NCBI RefSeq assembly: GCF_947568905.1
Contig: NC_079167.1
Coordinates: 1,178,001 to 1,242,000, forward strand
Direction: 5' to 3'
Length of the DNA stretch: 64,000 nt
DNA from: Ostrea edulis
Taxonomy: Eukaryota
Shown: piece by piece, positions 38,248 through 53,458 of the stretch
Position numbering within the stretch: position 1 is the stretch's first letter
How the letters are laid out: every line of letters begins with the position of its first letter
Translations under genes and position numbers: made by a program
Notes under the pieces: model-generated
Told to the model about the DNA's origin: nothing
Seen by the model: only the letters and a program-made list of their open reading frames with translations
Database searches by the model: none

Positions 38248-39642
38248 GTAATATATATCTCGCACACATTTATCTAGATGGATTGTCTATTTATCACACA
38301 ATAACATAAATGATTTGGACACTTGACACGTGAAGGAGACAAAACGAAGACTTAAAAAGCAGCTGATAATTGTAATAACCCCCGTATTACAAAATATCCC
38401 ATGTCACGGTATACAAAGTACTAATTAGTACTATAGATATTTTAAAATGCACACCATGTAGGCACATGTTAAATTGATTATAGATATATGTTATTGCTTC
38501 TTGTCGTCACAAATGTCCTACAAACATGTTTTACTTTTTTTTCTTCTTTTTTTATACAAACTCTTTTATTGCTAGGAATGCTGAAATAGCCAACTCAAGA
38601 CTTTCTATTTGGCAGATTCCTCTGTGGAAGGCAAAGTAAATGTAATATATGATTTCATCTTAATTAACATGGGTATCTAGTTTACCATTTGGTGACAGTT
38701 GACTTTCGTAACATATGCATTGTAACTGGAAAGTACTTGCAAACCGTGAGATACTGATGCGTGGCACACCTACACAATATAAACCAATACACAATTCACC
38801 TATTAAGGGCCTGTTGGGGGGACATGTGCATTTTTTAAATATAATCTTACACATGCGATTCAACATTTCATATAATAATATTGTGTGTATCTGTTTATTC
38901 TACATGTTTCTGTTTTCTATCCTTTAGATAGCACCGACTCTTGTTGATGTATCAGGCATATTATATATTGCACTAGGGAAAACACACATGTATCAACTGA
39001 GTACTGATCAATGCCTACATGCGAAACTTAAAATGCCACCAATGAGTGTATTACTCTTTACTGTGTATTGTCTTTACTTGTATGAACAATTATATACTTT
39101 GAATTACATGTTTATGCTCATTTGGGCCCTGAGTTGGTAATAAATACTATTCTATACTATTACATGTAGCTGTCATTTGGGTGTTGCAAAACTGTGATTT
39201 ACTATTTCAATGACAGAAAATAAGACTTAGAATCTTTTTTGTTAATATCAATATTTCTCTATAATGCTATATATTCAACAGAGCCAAAATGTTTATTTTG
39301 ATAACATCTTCATCTTAGTGTCAATTTGATCAATGACTGGTTAAAGTTACAAACAAAGCTATCACAATAAGTGATGAAATGTATGCAGTTGAAAATGAAC
39401 ACAATGAGATATACATTTGTTTGAGTGTGTATTCTGAATGGCTGGTCTTGAATTCCATTTCAATATAGTACAGTGTGTAGTTTCAACACACATAGTACAC
39501 TTGTGTGTATGCATATTTTGTAGATATGCAATGTCAACCAATAAACGTTTCTCAATGCATTGTTATAAAAGGCATCTTTTCGAAAAAATTGTGTGGCCCT
39601 GAAAAGGGCCGTTTGAGTTTGAGGTTCAAGTCCTTGCTGAGT

Positions 39643-40014
39643 TTACTTGCTGCTGGTGTACTTGGTGACAGCCTTGGTACCCTCAGAGACGGCGTGCTTG
39701 GCCAATTCACCGGGCAAGAGAAGTCGGACAGCGGTCTGGATTTCTCTGCTGGTGATGGTTGAGCGTTTGTTGTAGTGGGCCAGGCGGGAAGCTTCAGCGG
39801 CGATTCTCTCGAAAATGTCATTGACAAACGAGTTCATGATGCTCATAGCTTTGCTGGAAACGCCAGTGTCTGGGTGGACCTGCTTCAGGACTTTGTAAAT
39901 GTAGATGGCATAGGATTCCCTCCTCTTCCTGCGCCTCTTCTTGTCCCCAGTTCTCTGGGCCTTCGCCTTAGTGGCGGCTTTCTTAGCTCCTTTCGATCCG
40001 GCTTTAGGTGGCAT
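39643..40014 (-). CDS. H2B: Histone H2B (copy 2; tail variant MPPKAG...KAKAQ)
   Basis: True ATG at 40014; the longer ORF-track extension is the promoter read in frame. Confidence 0.99.
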   Translation of the reverse strand: MPPKAGSKGAKKAATKAKAQRTGDKKRRRKRRESYAIYIYKVLKQVHPDTGVSSKAMSIMNSFVNDIFERIAAEASRLAHYNKRSTITSREIQTAVRLLLPGELAKHAVSEGTKAVTKYTSSK

Positions 40015-40260
40015 GTTTACAAGTAAACTATGTGTGGAACAAATGGCCGCTCTGCTATTTATATTACACGGTCGGATAACGGCGGATAAGCGTATTACGG
40101 ACCTCCTTGTAAACATTAATTCGTTCGGTGTGCGCCAAGGTACGAGAAACACGATGGCCACGATTGGCTGGCAGTTGAATCCGACTGCGTGTTTAAAAAG
40201 GTTGATGTATTGCGTACGAGGGTTAATCGTTGCTTTGATTTCGTCAGCGAACCGTACTGA

Positions 40261-40647
<387 letters not shown>

Positions 40648-43163
40648 AGAAGTACAAAGTCTGCTTGCAGGACCTATAACAAACGGCCGTTTTCACGGCC
40701 ACCAACCTTTTTTGAAAAGACACTTCTATAAGCATCGAAATGTCAAGAATGGCAGTCTAATCTTACATTCAATGCTCACTGACAAATGGGGATGACAATA
40801 TTTGCAGTCATTCATACATTTCAAGGCGCAAAAAAAGCGCTATATAAATTGTCCTCACTCCTTTGGACTTCATTGAGAAATCATGGAAATACCAAAAGGA
40901 AATTAGTTTTTATTTGCATTCTTTTTTTATTTTTCTCAACCAGCTCAGTAGTTTGTCAATGGAAGAGTAAAACAAGGGTGCCAAAACTTTTGAAATACAG
41001 GGCGAGTGATCGTATATCTTCACGTGGTCATTCTTGCTTTTAATTTACATAGACGAAAAGCCACAAAGGAAATGATTTTGTACCAGTATGAATGTGAGAA
41101 ATAGAGGTAGACATGGAGCTACCTGACATTAGATAGGGTGATCATGATGTGATGGGGCAATAAAAAACAAATGGAAAGAGAACAAAATCTTTGGAGACGA
41201 CATAGACGATCCTGGTACATGGATTGTAAATATATCCGCAAACAAAATATCACTATCTTGACCGAATTGTTTTATCTCCGAAATATACTCAATTTATTTA
41301 TGGATTCACCAATCCTGTTACACAATATCAGATATATAATGACAACAAACTAAATACTAACAGTTCATTTACATATATGTCAATACAAGTATATATTTGA
41401 CATGTACCTGTGATATTAGACTGCATGTATGCAATTTAGTATTGCATATCAACATAAATTAAATGTAGTTAATGAGTTATAGCACTTTACTTTGGGTGCG
41501 CAATTCAAAACATTCATGTAAAAATTCACACAATCTTCTGACATGAACGACATTGACAGGGTTGCATAGTACTTTACAGTGGTTTTCCTTTGATATATCT
41601 TCATCTGAATTGTAGATGTTCAAAGGGTAATATTTCTTTCTTATATCTTTATACATGAAGCAGTCACATATAAAAAAAAAAAAAAAAAAGTGTTTTATAA
41701 AAAAAATACTGTACTTTGTCGCAAAATGACGACTACTTATAAGCATGAAGAATTTATTTTTGGTTCATATAAATACTAAACATTTGTTGAACATTTTCTG
41801 AATACATTCGATCCATGGGTTTTCGAACCCTTTTCCTCCGCAAATGGTATGCTCAAATATATATATCGTATTTATTTTAAACCTTGACGTACGCAGGAAA
41901 ACGCCCTCCGTATAAACCGACAACTTTCTTGAAAAACGATTTTCAGTTTCGGTGATTAATTTCACATGAACACGTTCGACTGGGTCTAGAAATTTCACAC
42001 TGGGTGTGATGCTTACTTTGTCCAACAAGTCAAACGGGTACATGAAATGGTCTAACTCGACTTCTTTCTTTCGTTAGAAAATCAGATTCCCCCTCATTAA
42101 ATAACACTCATTCGTAGACGAAAACGAGTACATACTATTGCAAAAAGAACTATTGATCCTGGCAAATGATCGAACTTTAAGAACATTAGAAATCATTGTA
42201 TTTGCACCGTGCAAACGCAACGGACAAATACCACACACACGACTGTAATTAGTACTCTTAAATCTCACCTATTCGCGAAACACATACATGTAATAGATAA
42301 TCCATATTGTGCCTGTGGAAAAATCGAAACAACAACACACTTTTTACTTGAATAAATTTATTGATCCATTAAGACCAATAACTGTAAATATCCTTGTACA
42401 TGGAGACTTTACTAAAAAAAAATTCCTATATTAAAAATAGTTTCATTATATACATGTGCATCATCCAAAAGATATGTAGCTTAATCTCATCGACTTCCGC
42501 TTAAATGTGTAGAGTGGTGGAATTTCTTGTTTGGAAGTTATTGTATATCCATTTCTGATGAACTTAGGTCATAACATCTCTTCCAATGATGATCTATTTA
42601 CTTGTTAGATTTTTTTTCTTTCATTTTTCTTTACTTCCTCGTTGTCATTTTTGTCATGTGCAGCGGGCAAATGCACACTTACCATTCAAAGTTTTAAATT
42701 CAAGGAAACGGATTAATATAAGTTGCTATACGACTTGATTCCGAATCCTGTGTGCATATAACGTATTGTGTATATACATATATTGATTTATTCAAATGAA
42801 ATAAAGTTTAAACTAATTTTTTTTATCACCCCATACGTACGTTTTATCGCCTGCTTATAGGATAAACCTGATTTTTAAGATTGTTTTAATTTGAAACCTC
42901 TTTGTTTTATCGAAACCTTTTAAACAAACAGAGCTATTACTATTTAACAGAAAAGTATAGGCAAATCGTAAACATGTCCTGAAACCTTTCCCGAGTTTGG
43001 ATCATGTGTCACCTTCTGAAACTTCAATTGATAATATAGCACCTAAATTTATCATTTCTTTTACATTTTTGATGTTATGTGCGTATTGTGTACAGCTCAA
43101 TATAAGTGAATTGATCCCTACTCACAAAGTAGCGTAAAAGTGGCTCTATATATCATATGTATA

Positions 43164-43874
43164 CAGTGTGCGAAATTAACCATGGACCGATAGACAATTG
43201 TCTATAGAAAATCGAGTCGGTCTATAACAATCAAAATAGCTATAGACCAACTTGTCTATAGGAATTCTGAGTAAATAACTGGTTCTCTGTTGCTTATTTA
43301 ACATATATATGAGAAGCGGGACCAGTTTATATGTAGTACGCCAATGTTTCTGTTTACCCCTTAGCTGTAATAAAATGTTCCCCAATGTAATTACAAATCA
43401 TTCGAATGAGATTATTCAATTTGATATTTACTTCAATGTACGCCATTTTCGTGCAAATTCGCAATGTCCTTTTTGATGGTTTTAAAAATACGTGAAAGAT
43501 GCACGCACTTGAATCAAACGGAAAGCGGTCAGTACAAGTTCCAGCAAGGCCAAAGTCGCAGAAAATCATGAGAAAACGAAACGTAGTAGAAGTACGTGAC
43601 TTGGATGAAGAATCAGATAGTGAAACTGAGCTGGAACAAAATGAAAAAGAAAACGAAATTCTAATTGAAAAGCTTGCCGTGCACGCAATTGAAAAAGAAT
43701 ATAATTATACTATGAACAAATTGCCAAACCAAATTTGTGTCAATTGTTTATTTTTTAATAACAATGAATATTGCATGTTGAATTTTGGTCTATAGGAATT
43801 TGTTGTGGTCTATAGGAAATAAAATGACTATGGACCGAAAGTTTATAGGACTTTAAAGTTAGTTTCGCACACTG
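43164..43874. mobile_element. Tc1/mariner-like non-autonomous element (intact copy)
   Basis: CAGTGTGCGAAA...TTTCGCACACTG between TA dinucleotides. Confidence 0.75.
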
Positions 43875-43880
43875 TATATA

Positions 43881-44124
43881 GAATAGAATATGATTTATTT
43901 CCAAATTAGGGCCCTTTCGGGCATACAGCATACATGATTGTTAATATTTCAATGTGCAATGACGATAAAAAGAAAAACAAAACAAGAGTAAAATATGCAC
44001 TATTAGTATGAGCAATGTTCATACATGAGACGTTTGAACATGATAATACTTATTTGCATTATATGTAAGTACCACCATGTATCCTAATGCAAAACAGTCA
44101 GAAATACACATAGGGAAATTTTTT
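43881..44124 (-). mobile_element. Short copy of the second LINE-like family, unit-2 specific, in a (TA)n tract
   Basis: Matches 37611 onward; carries an (ATTCT)n-type tail; absent at 31304 and 62440. Confidence 0.7.
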
Positions 44125-45122
44125 ATATATATATATATTGTGTATCTATAGTGGAAAGTATCTAATCACTCTTACGATAACCTCGTAGCATATCACTTAC
44201 ATAATAATTGGAAGAAAACAAAACAAACAAACGAAAAGCAAAAAAAAAAAAAAAAAAAAAATAGAAAAGAAACCCACAACAACAACAAACATAAAAAAGA
44301 AACAAAAGCAAAGTGAACAAACAAACAACCAGTTTAATTACACTTCATTTAAAATCAAAACATCAAGATTGGTCATTTGTACATTTCATCTGTGTAATTT
44401 TTATTGAATACAGGCATTATTTATAAAAAGTATGTGTAAACAAGGATTAACGTTTTTCTTTTAAATCATAAATCAAAGCAAATATCTTACGTTGTGTTGT
44501 ATATATTTCTATAGTAAAGTAAATAGATCAGGATTTTTATTTTTTGGCGTGTGCTTGTGTTCTTAATATTGTGTAAGCCCATTCCAAATCGTTCTACGCA
44601 ATCGTTAATGTCTACCGCTCGCTTTTGATACCCGATGTGTACGACCCCCGGATGTTTTTCAAAAATTCTGACCGACATGATGTTTTCTACAGCAAAAGGA
44701 AAACGAGCGTGCCTTCTTTCAAGCTTTGAAAGGAAATCAAGCAACAATGATATTTGTTATCGGCCACTGGAAAAAAATTACCCAATTTTAATGAATGAAC
44801 GGACTTGCAAATCGCCGGTTGAGGTGTCTATATTTCTGGATTTTGACTGCTGTAGTTTGGCAAAGCCCAATATGTAAGTAAATAGAATGACAGGGGGGAA
44901 TGTAGACCTGGGGGTTCCGATAACATATCCGGCGGATATTCCATTGCTGAAGCGCAACTCGAATGCAAAGACTAACATCAAAGCACATCTAAACAACACA
45001 ATACACATACCGATCGACTCGAACAGATTGGATGTTTTCAAGGAGGTCCGCGCTTGATGTAAACAAAACAGTGAGTGCGTTCCGATCGACTATTATTTAC
45101 CGTTCTCGCATCGTTCGAAAAC

Positions 45123-45679
45123 ATGGCAGACACCGCAGCTCCCGCGAAAAAGGTTTCCAAGCCCAAGGTGCCAGCAGCGCACCCAAAATACATCGACATG
45201 ATCAAGGCTGCCCTCGGGTCACTGAAAGAGCGTGGTGGATCTTCTAGACAAGCCATTCTTAAGCACCTGATGGCCAATTATAAAGTGGGCAATGACGTCA
45301 ACTCCATCAATGCCCACCTCAAAATGGCCCTTAAGAATGGAGTCAAAAAGGGTGCTTTGAAGCAAGCCAAGGGTAAAGGTGCCAGCGGCTCCTTCAAGCT
45401 TGGAGATAAGCCCAAGGCTGAGCAAAAGCCTAAAGCCAAGAAAGTAGCCAAACCAAAGGCTGCTGCTGCTGCCAAGCCCAAGAAGGCGGCCGTAGAGAAA
45501 AAAGTGAAGAAGACGCCAAAGAAACCAGCCGCACCCAAGAAGGCCAAGACTCCCAAGAAGAAGGCGGCAGCCAAGTCCCCCAAGAAGTCCGCAGCCAAGG
45601 CCCCCAAGAAGGCCAAGAGCCCCAAGAAGCCCGCCGCCAAAAATCCAAGACCCCCAAGAAGGCCGCCGCCAAGAAATAA
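45123..45679 (+). pseudogene. H1: Histone H1 (copy 2): remodelled tail plus 1-nt deletion (frameshift or sequencing error)
   Basis: A5 instead of A6 at about 45639-45643 shifts the frame; the ORF then runs to 45806 through the stem-loop (45725-45740). Confidence 0.8.
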
Positions 45680-47822
45680 GCAGTCTTTGCAATATTCCTG
45701 CACAGTGTTTACTCACAAAACAAAAGCCCTTTTTAGGGCTACCAACATTTTTAGAAAAGATGCTGTTCTTACACGTGTGAGAGAAATGCGTTTCTACGTC
45801 ATTTAAGTGAATACTGATTCAAGCTGTTTTAACGTTTTCATACTTTGATTTACTTGTCCTGCATGTCATTCAGTTAAAAGAGGGAGGGGGAGAGGAAACT
45901 AACCCACGCTTTTACAAACAACATGACTTTTTTTATCTGATTTATTAGCTCTCCCTTCCTAAAGCTGTAGGGTAAGAAATAAGATGGAGACTGGTGAATT
46001 ATGACAACATATAGTACAGTACCTGCATCATTGAGTCCTCATTCGTTTGAGTAAAGCTAGCTGAATTGAAACATTCATATATATGCATTTCTTATACATC
46101 CAATGGCTTGATTGTTTTCATTCGGTTTATTGTCCGATAAGAAAACAAAAATTAAAAGTATCATCTGTGGACTTTTATTTCAGTACTTGATTTGTATACA
46201 GTCCAGGTTTGGCAGGACTAACATAATTCACTCTCATAATGCAATGTTTCATGTGTGTATGTTTTCAGACTTTAGTCAACGAGAAATGTCTGATCGGTGT
46301 CTAAAAGTGAAAAAATGGGGTTCTTTCTTTGTTTAGGAACAGAGTGACGATACATCACCTCTAAGAGTAAGTTGTAATTCTCGCACGTCAAATTTAGTCT
46401 TCAAAATGAAATAAGGATTTACACATTTTAAACAGTTCTCCGTTGTCCAGAGACTCGCTCACTTCATGTGTACATCAACTTCATAGCCTCAATGTTGTTC
46501 AAGATTTATATAGAGGAGTGATTATTGTTAGGATGTAACAGTAGTCTAGGATATTCTGGAATGATTTGGGGTCTTGAAATTCACAAAGCTGTCCGAAAAA
46601 GTCATTAGTCACAACTAACTAGTACTAATAACATCAAATCATATGCCAATGATGTTAGTCACAACTATTATTAAGTGAAAACAAACAAAAATTTAATGAC
46701 TTTTTTTTTATTGGGTGTTTCTTGAATTACAAGAATTACGATTATTCTAGTAAGAATGCAATGTCATATATCATCTCTATCCAAATATATTTGAGGTCTG
46801 CTTTTGTCAAATAACTATTTTGCAACCTCTGTTAAATGTTCAGGTTACAAATTTGATAATCATTGGTTTAAACTATATTTATATGTATCGGTGCAAAATA
46901 TACAAACAGGTGAGAAAGGAAGACTTTAAAACAAAATTCTATGAATGAATGTATGTATGTACATACGTACGTATACATGTACTAAGAACTAAGAATCTGG
47001 GATATTTCAATTGCACATGATAAATATACAAAATTTAGTATTAATATGGAATTATGTATATTTATGTGCTATTGAAATATCCCAGATTCCCAAAGTTCTT
47101 AGTACATGTACATATTAATACTTATGGTAGAAGACTGCCAGTCTGATCGACTGGGCACAAAGCACTGTCCCTTGGTACCTAGCTCTGCATTCAGGACAGC
47201 ATTTTATACTGTTTCACTTTTACTTCCCACATTGCAGCCTTGTGCTGTGCATTTTCATTCTATGTTGTTATGAGCCAATTTCAGATCAATGTTAATATAG
47301 AAATCCTTTACATATGTACATGTATGTGTGTATACAATCATGTATGTGTATAAATGTATGTGTTTATGTATACATGTATATGTACGGTGTGTGTATCTAT
47401 AAGTATATGGTATCATGTGTTTATAATGAATATAATAAAATTGTGTATGCTCACTGTAACATACCTTAACTGGTGAATAAATAAATAAATGTATCTCCTT
47501 TTAAATGTTTTTAACATTTACTTGTCTGTCCATACTTTTGTATCCACAAATAATGTTTACAATTGTACCCTGAAATCCCTTGTAACACCCCATCCCCTTC
47601 ACTGGTTTTTTTTTTTTTTTTTACGTTTATGAATTCTGTGCAAAATGTGGATTGAAATGTCCCAAGTCAAGACCAATCAACGCTGCATACCAGCGGCTAA
47701 TCGCAGAGTGTCTTTCTGAACCGTTTAACCAATGACAAGTGTCGTAAGATATGAGAGCGCCGATTTCGATTTCCTTATAAACAGAAGTGTTTCCGATCGG
47801 GCTCTTTATTCTATCCGAATAA

Positions 47823-48242
<420 letters not shown>

Positions 48243-49705
48243 TTTCACTCGTGTGACACTCAAAACGGCCGTTTTCACGGCCACCTAATTCTTTCGAAAA
48301 GATGCCTTCATATTGCTCTTGATCAAGAAACTTGTCGTGAATAAAGTATGACTGAATGACATGCATAACCCTACTACCACAAACTACTTGACCCAAGTCT
48401 GGTAAATTTCTGTAAAATAAGAAGTTTTAACGCAACTTCAGTAATGAAACTAAATGCTGCGAATGTGAACACGTACAAAACAGTAGTATACATTGCAGAG
48501 CATCAATTGTATAGATGACAACAAATGCACATTGAAAATCCTTGTCAGCAGGAAAGTACACAACAAACCTAGAGAATAGCTGTATAGAACGTACTAAGAA
48601 CGCATACATAGAGACATCGGTAGTCTGTAGTACACACTAAAACAACCTACCTTAATTCTAGAAGGGTCAGATACTACGGTATTTCATTCAACCAACTCGG
48701 GGCTTTTGAGGGCATGTAAAGCATGCATTAATAAGAGAAAGGGGTTCAAATAATAGCTAGCATCAATAGCGCACGGAGAAAATCTATAACAACAACAAAA
48801 TATATCAATAAAAACCCAGATGTAGAAATATGTAGACGTTAGGGGGGTCATGATTATTCTGAGAGGTCAATGAAATCTTCACTTCGTATTACATTCTTGC
48901 GTATATAATCACAGAACATCGTATATTTCATTATGTTAATTCAAATCTTGTCTGAAATCCGTATTACACGTGTAACACCGTGTTAAATGTGTGCAATGCA
49001 GAAATGTGAACTCTGACAGTAATAATATATTTCCATGATTGTTATTTATTTATATTGTTGTAATTAATTACTAGTTAATCTGTACACCCCCACCCCCTTG
49101 AGGGCCCTTAATTGATGAATTAACATGTCATAACATTTTATATCAGGAGACCATACATACAGGCTTGAATTTCTTTTTCAACTTGCACAGATATAATATT
49201 TCTTATTTTCAACATGTTGAGTAGAAATTTGCTTAGCTTGATTAATAATGGATTATCTTAATTATTTACCTTTTCTCTCCCTTTTTTGGGGGGTCTTTTG
49301 GATATAGTATAGTAGACTTTCACAGTTGTGAGCCATGTTTTCATATTAATTACCCTAATAAAAACAAATGCTATTGTTGTGTGTTAATTAAAAGGAAAAC
49401 AAAACGATGATTTAAAAAAAAACAGAACAGAAACTAAGCTAGGAAATCTCAAATCTAAAATATTATATTCCTATCAAAATAAATAAATACTTGTATACTA
49501 GTATACTATGCAAGAGAAATGTAAACAAACACAGGTAGGCGCGTTTAGCGAGAACCAATCACGATGTAGTTAACAGCGCTTCTTCGGACACGACAATCGA
49601 CTAGCCGAAGTTTCAAGGTATAATGAGCTCTAACGGGTCGTCAATTAGGGCTATATAAAACAGCAATTTCTCAATTTGTCAGGTCATTCAGCATTTGTCT
49701 ATTGA

Positions 49706-50026
<321 letters not shown>

Positions 50027-51109
50027 ATACTCTTATCACCGTTTGTGCATCCCAGCGCAAAAACAAAACGGCCGTTATAACGGCCACCAAATTCTTTGAA
50101 AAGACGCCTCTATGAAACGTTATCAAGAGAAACGGTTACCCTGTATTGTACTTTTAGTCAACAAATTGGCATACAACTTGTTAAAAAAAGGTATGCAGTT
50201 TGTGGTTAACATGTTTTATTTGCAGTTAAGAGATTTCAATTTGATACTTGGATTTCTTTTCATATCAAGTAAATAGTCAGACTACACCACAACTTTGTAG
50301 GTTTATGTTAACAAACAATCAATTGATATCCAAGATCATTATTGAGCAGAAAGGCTGACCATGCAAATCCTATACTCCCAATAAATTTACATTGTGAGCA
50401 TTATAATATATATCTCGCACACATTTATCTAGATGGATTCTTTATTTATCACACAATAACATAAATGATTTGGACACTTTACACACGTGAAGGAGACAAA
50501 ACGAAGACTTAAAAAGCAGCTGATAATTGTGATAACCCCCGTATTACAAAATATCCCATGTCACGGTATACAAAGTACTAATTAGTACTATAGATATTTT
50601 AAAATGCATACCATGTAGGCACATGTTAAATTAAATTGATTATAGATATATGTTATTGCTTCTTGTCGTCACAAATGTCCTGCAAACATGTTTTTCTTTT
50701 TTCTTCTTTTTTTATACAAACTCTTTTATTGCTAGGAATGCTGAAATAACAAACTCAAGACTTTCTATTTAGCAGATTCCTCTGTGGAAGGCAAAATAAA
50801 TGTAATATATGCTTTCATCTTAATTAACATGGGTATCTAGTTTACCATTTGGTGACAGTTGACTTTCGTAACATATGCATTTACTAATTCTGTACATTGT
50901 AACTGGAAAGTACTTGCAAACCGTGAGATACTGATGCGTGGCACACCTACACAATATAAACCAATACACAATATGCAGTCGCATGAAAGATGTACAAACT
51001 TTTTTTCCAAGATTGGATTCATAAAGACTATCATTATCAATTCACCTATTAAGGGCCTGTGGGGGGACGTGCATTTTTTAAATATAATCTTACACATGCG
51101 ATTCAACAT

Positions 51110-51335
51110 TATGTGAGGCAGTTGGGTTATTTTATTTATCATGTTGTTAATTTAAATCTTGTCTGTAATCAGTATTTCATATATAATTATATAGATATGT
51201 GCAGTGCAGAAGTGTGAACTCTGTCAGTATTACCAGTAGTACTTCTAAATGATTGTTATTTATTTTCATTGTTATAATTAATTGCCTGTTAACATGTACA
51301 TGCCCCCCGAGGGCCCTTGATTGGTGAATAAACTA
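51110..51335 (+). mobile_element. ~225-bp 3' end of the same LINE as 25535-30736, unit-3 specific
   Basis: Near-identical reverse complement of about 25550-25785; replaces a few bases (TTCATATG) present at about 21137-21145. Confidence 0.9.
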
Positions 51336-52035
51336 TAATATTGTGTGTATCTGTTTATTCTACATGTTTCTGTTTTCTATCCTTTAAATAGCACCGACTC
51401 TTGCTGCCTCTTGTTGATGTATCAGGCATATTATATATTGCACTAGGGAAAACACACATGTATCAACTGAGTACTGATCAATGCCTACATGCGAAACTTA
51501 AAATGCCTCCAATGAGTGTATTACTCTTTACTGTGTATTGTCTTTACTTGTATCAACAATTATATACTTTGAATTACGTTTATGCTCATTTGGGCCCTGA
51601 GTTGGTAATAAATACTATTCTATACTATTAGCTGTCAGTTGGGTGTTGCAAAACTGTGATTTACTATTTCAATGACAGAAAATAAGACTTAGAAACTTTT
51701 TTGTTAATATCAATATTTCTCTATAATGCTATATATTCAACAGAGCCAAAATGTTTATTTTGATAACATCTTCATCTTAAGTTTCAATTTGATCAATGAC
51801 TGGTTAAAGTTACAAACAAAGGTATCACAAGTGATGAAATGTATGCAGTTGAAAATGAACACAACGAGATATACATTTCAACACACACAGTACACTTGTG
51901 TATGCATATTTTGTAGATATGCAATGTCAACCAATAAACGTTTCTCAATGCATTGTTATAAAAGGCATCTTTTCGAAAAAATTGTGTGGCCCTGAAAAGG
52001 GCCGTTTGAGTTTGAGGTTCAAGTCCTTGCTGAGT

Positions 52036-52407
52036 TTACTTGCTGCTGGTGTACTTGGTGACAGCCTTGGTACCCTCAGAGACGGCGTGTTTGGCCAATT
52101 CACCGGGCAAGAGAAGTCGGACAGCGGTCTGGATTTCTCTGCTGGTGATGGTTGAGCGTTTGTTGTAGTGGGCCAGGCGGGAAGCTTCAGCGGCGATTCT
52201 CTCGAAAATGTCATTGACAAACGAGTTCATGATGCTCATAGCTTTGCTGGAAACGCCAGTGTCTGGGTGGACCTGCTTCAGGACTTTGTAAATGTAGATG
52301 GCATAGGATTCCCTCCTCTTCCTGCGCCTCTTCTTGTCCCCAGTTTTCTGGGTCTTCGCCTTAGTGGCGGCTTTCTTAGCTCCTTTCGATCCGACTTTAG
52401 GCGGCAT
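52036..52407 (-). CDS. H2B: Histone H2B (copy 3; KTQKTG variant)
   Basis: 123-aa ORF. Confidence 0.99.
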   Translation of the reverse strand: MPPKVGSKGAKKAATKAKTQKTGDKKRRRKRRESYAIYIYKVLKQVHPDTGVSSKAMSIMNSFVNDIFERIAAEASRLAHYNKRSTITSREIQTAVRLLLPGELAKHAVSEGTKAVTKYTSSK

Positions 52408-52653
52408 GTTTACAAGTTAACTATGTGTGGAACAAATGGCCGCTCTGCTATTTATATTACACGGTCGGATAACGGCGGATAAGCGTATTACGGACCTCCT
52501 TGTAAACATTGATTCGTTCGGTGTGCGCCAAGGTACGAGAAACACGATGGCCACGATTGGCTGGCAGTTGAATCCGACTGCGTGTTTAAAAAGGTTGATG
52601 TATTGCGTACGAGGGTTAATCGTTGCTTTGAATTCGTCAGCGCACCGTATTGA

Positions 52654-53040
<387 letters not shown>

Positions 53041-53152
53041 AAAGTACAAAGTCTGCTTGCAGGACCTATCACAAACGGCCGTTTTCACGGCCACCAACCT
53101 TTTTTGAAAAGACACTTCTATTAGCATCGAAGTGTCAAGAATGACAGTCTAA

Positions 53153-53458
<306 letters not shown>

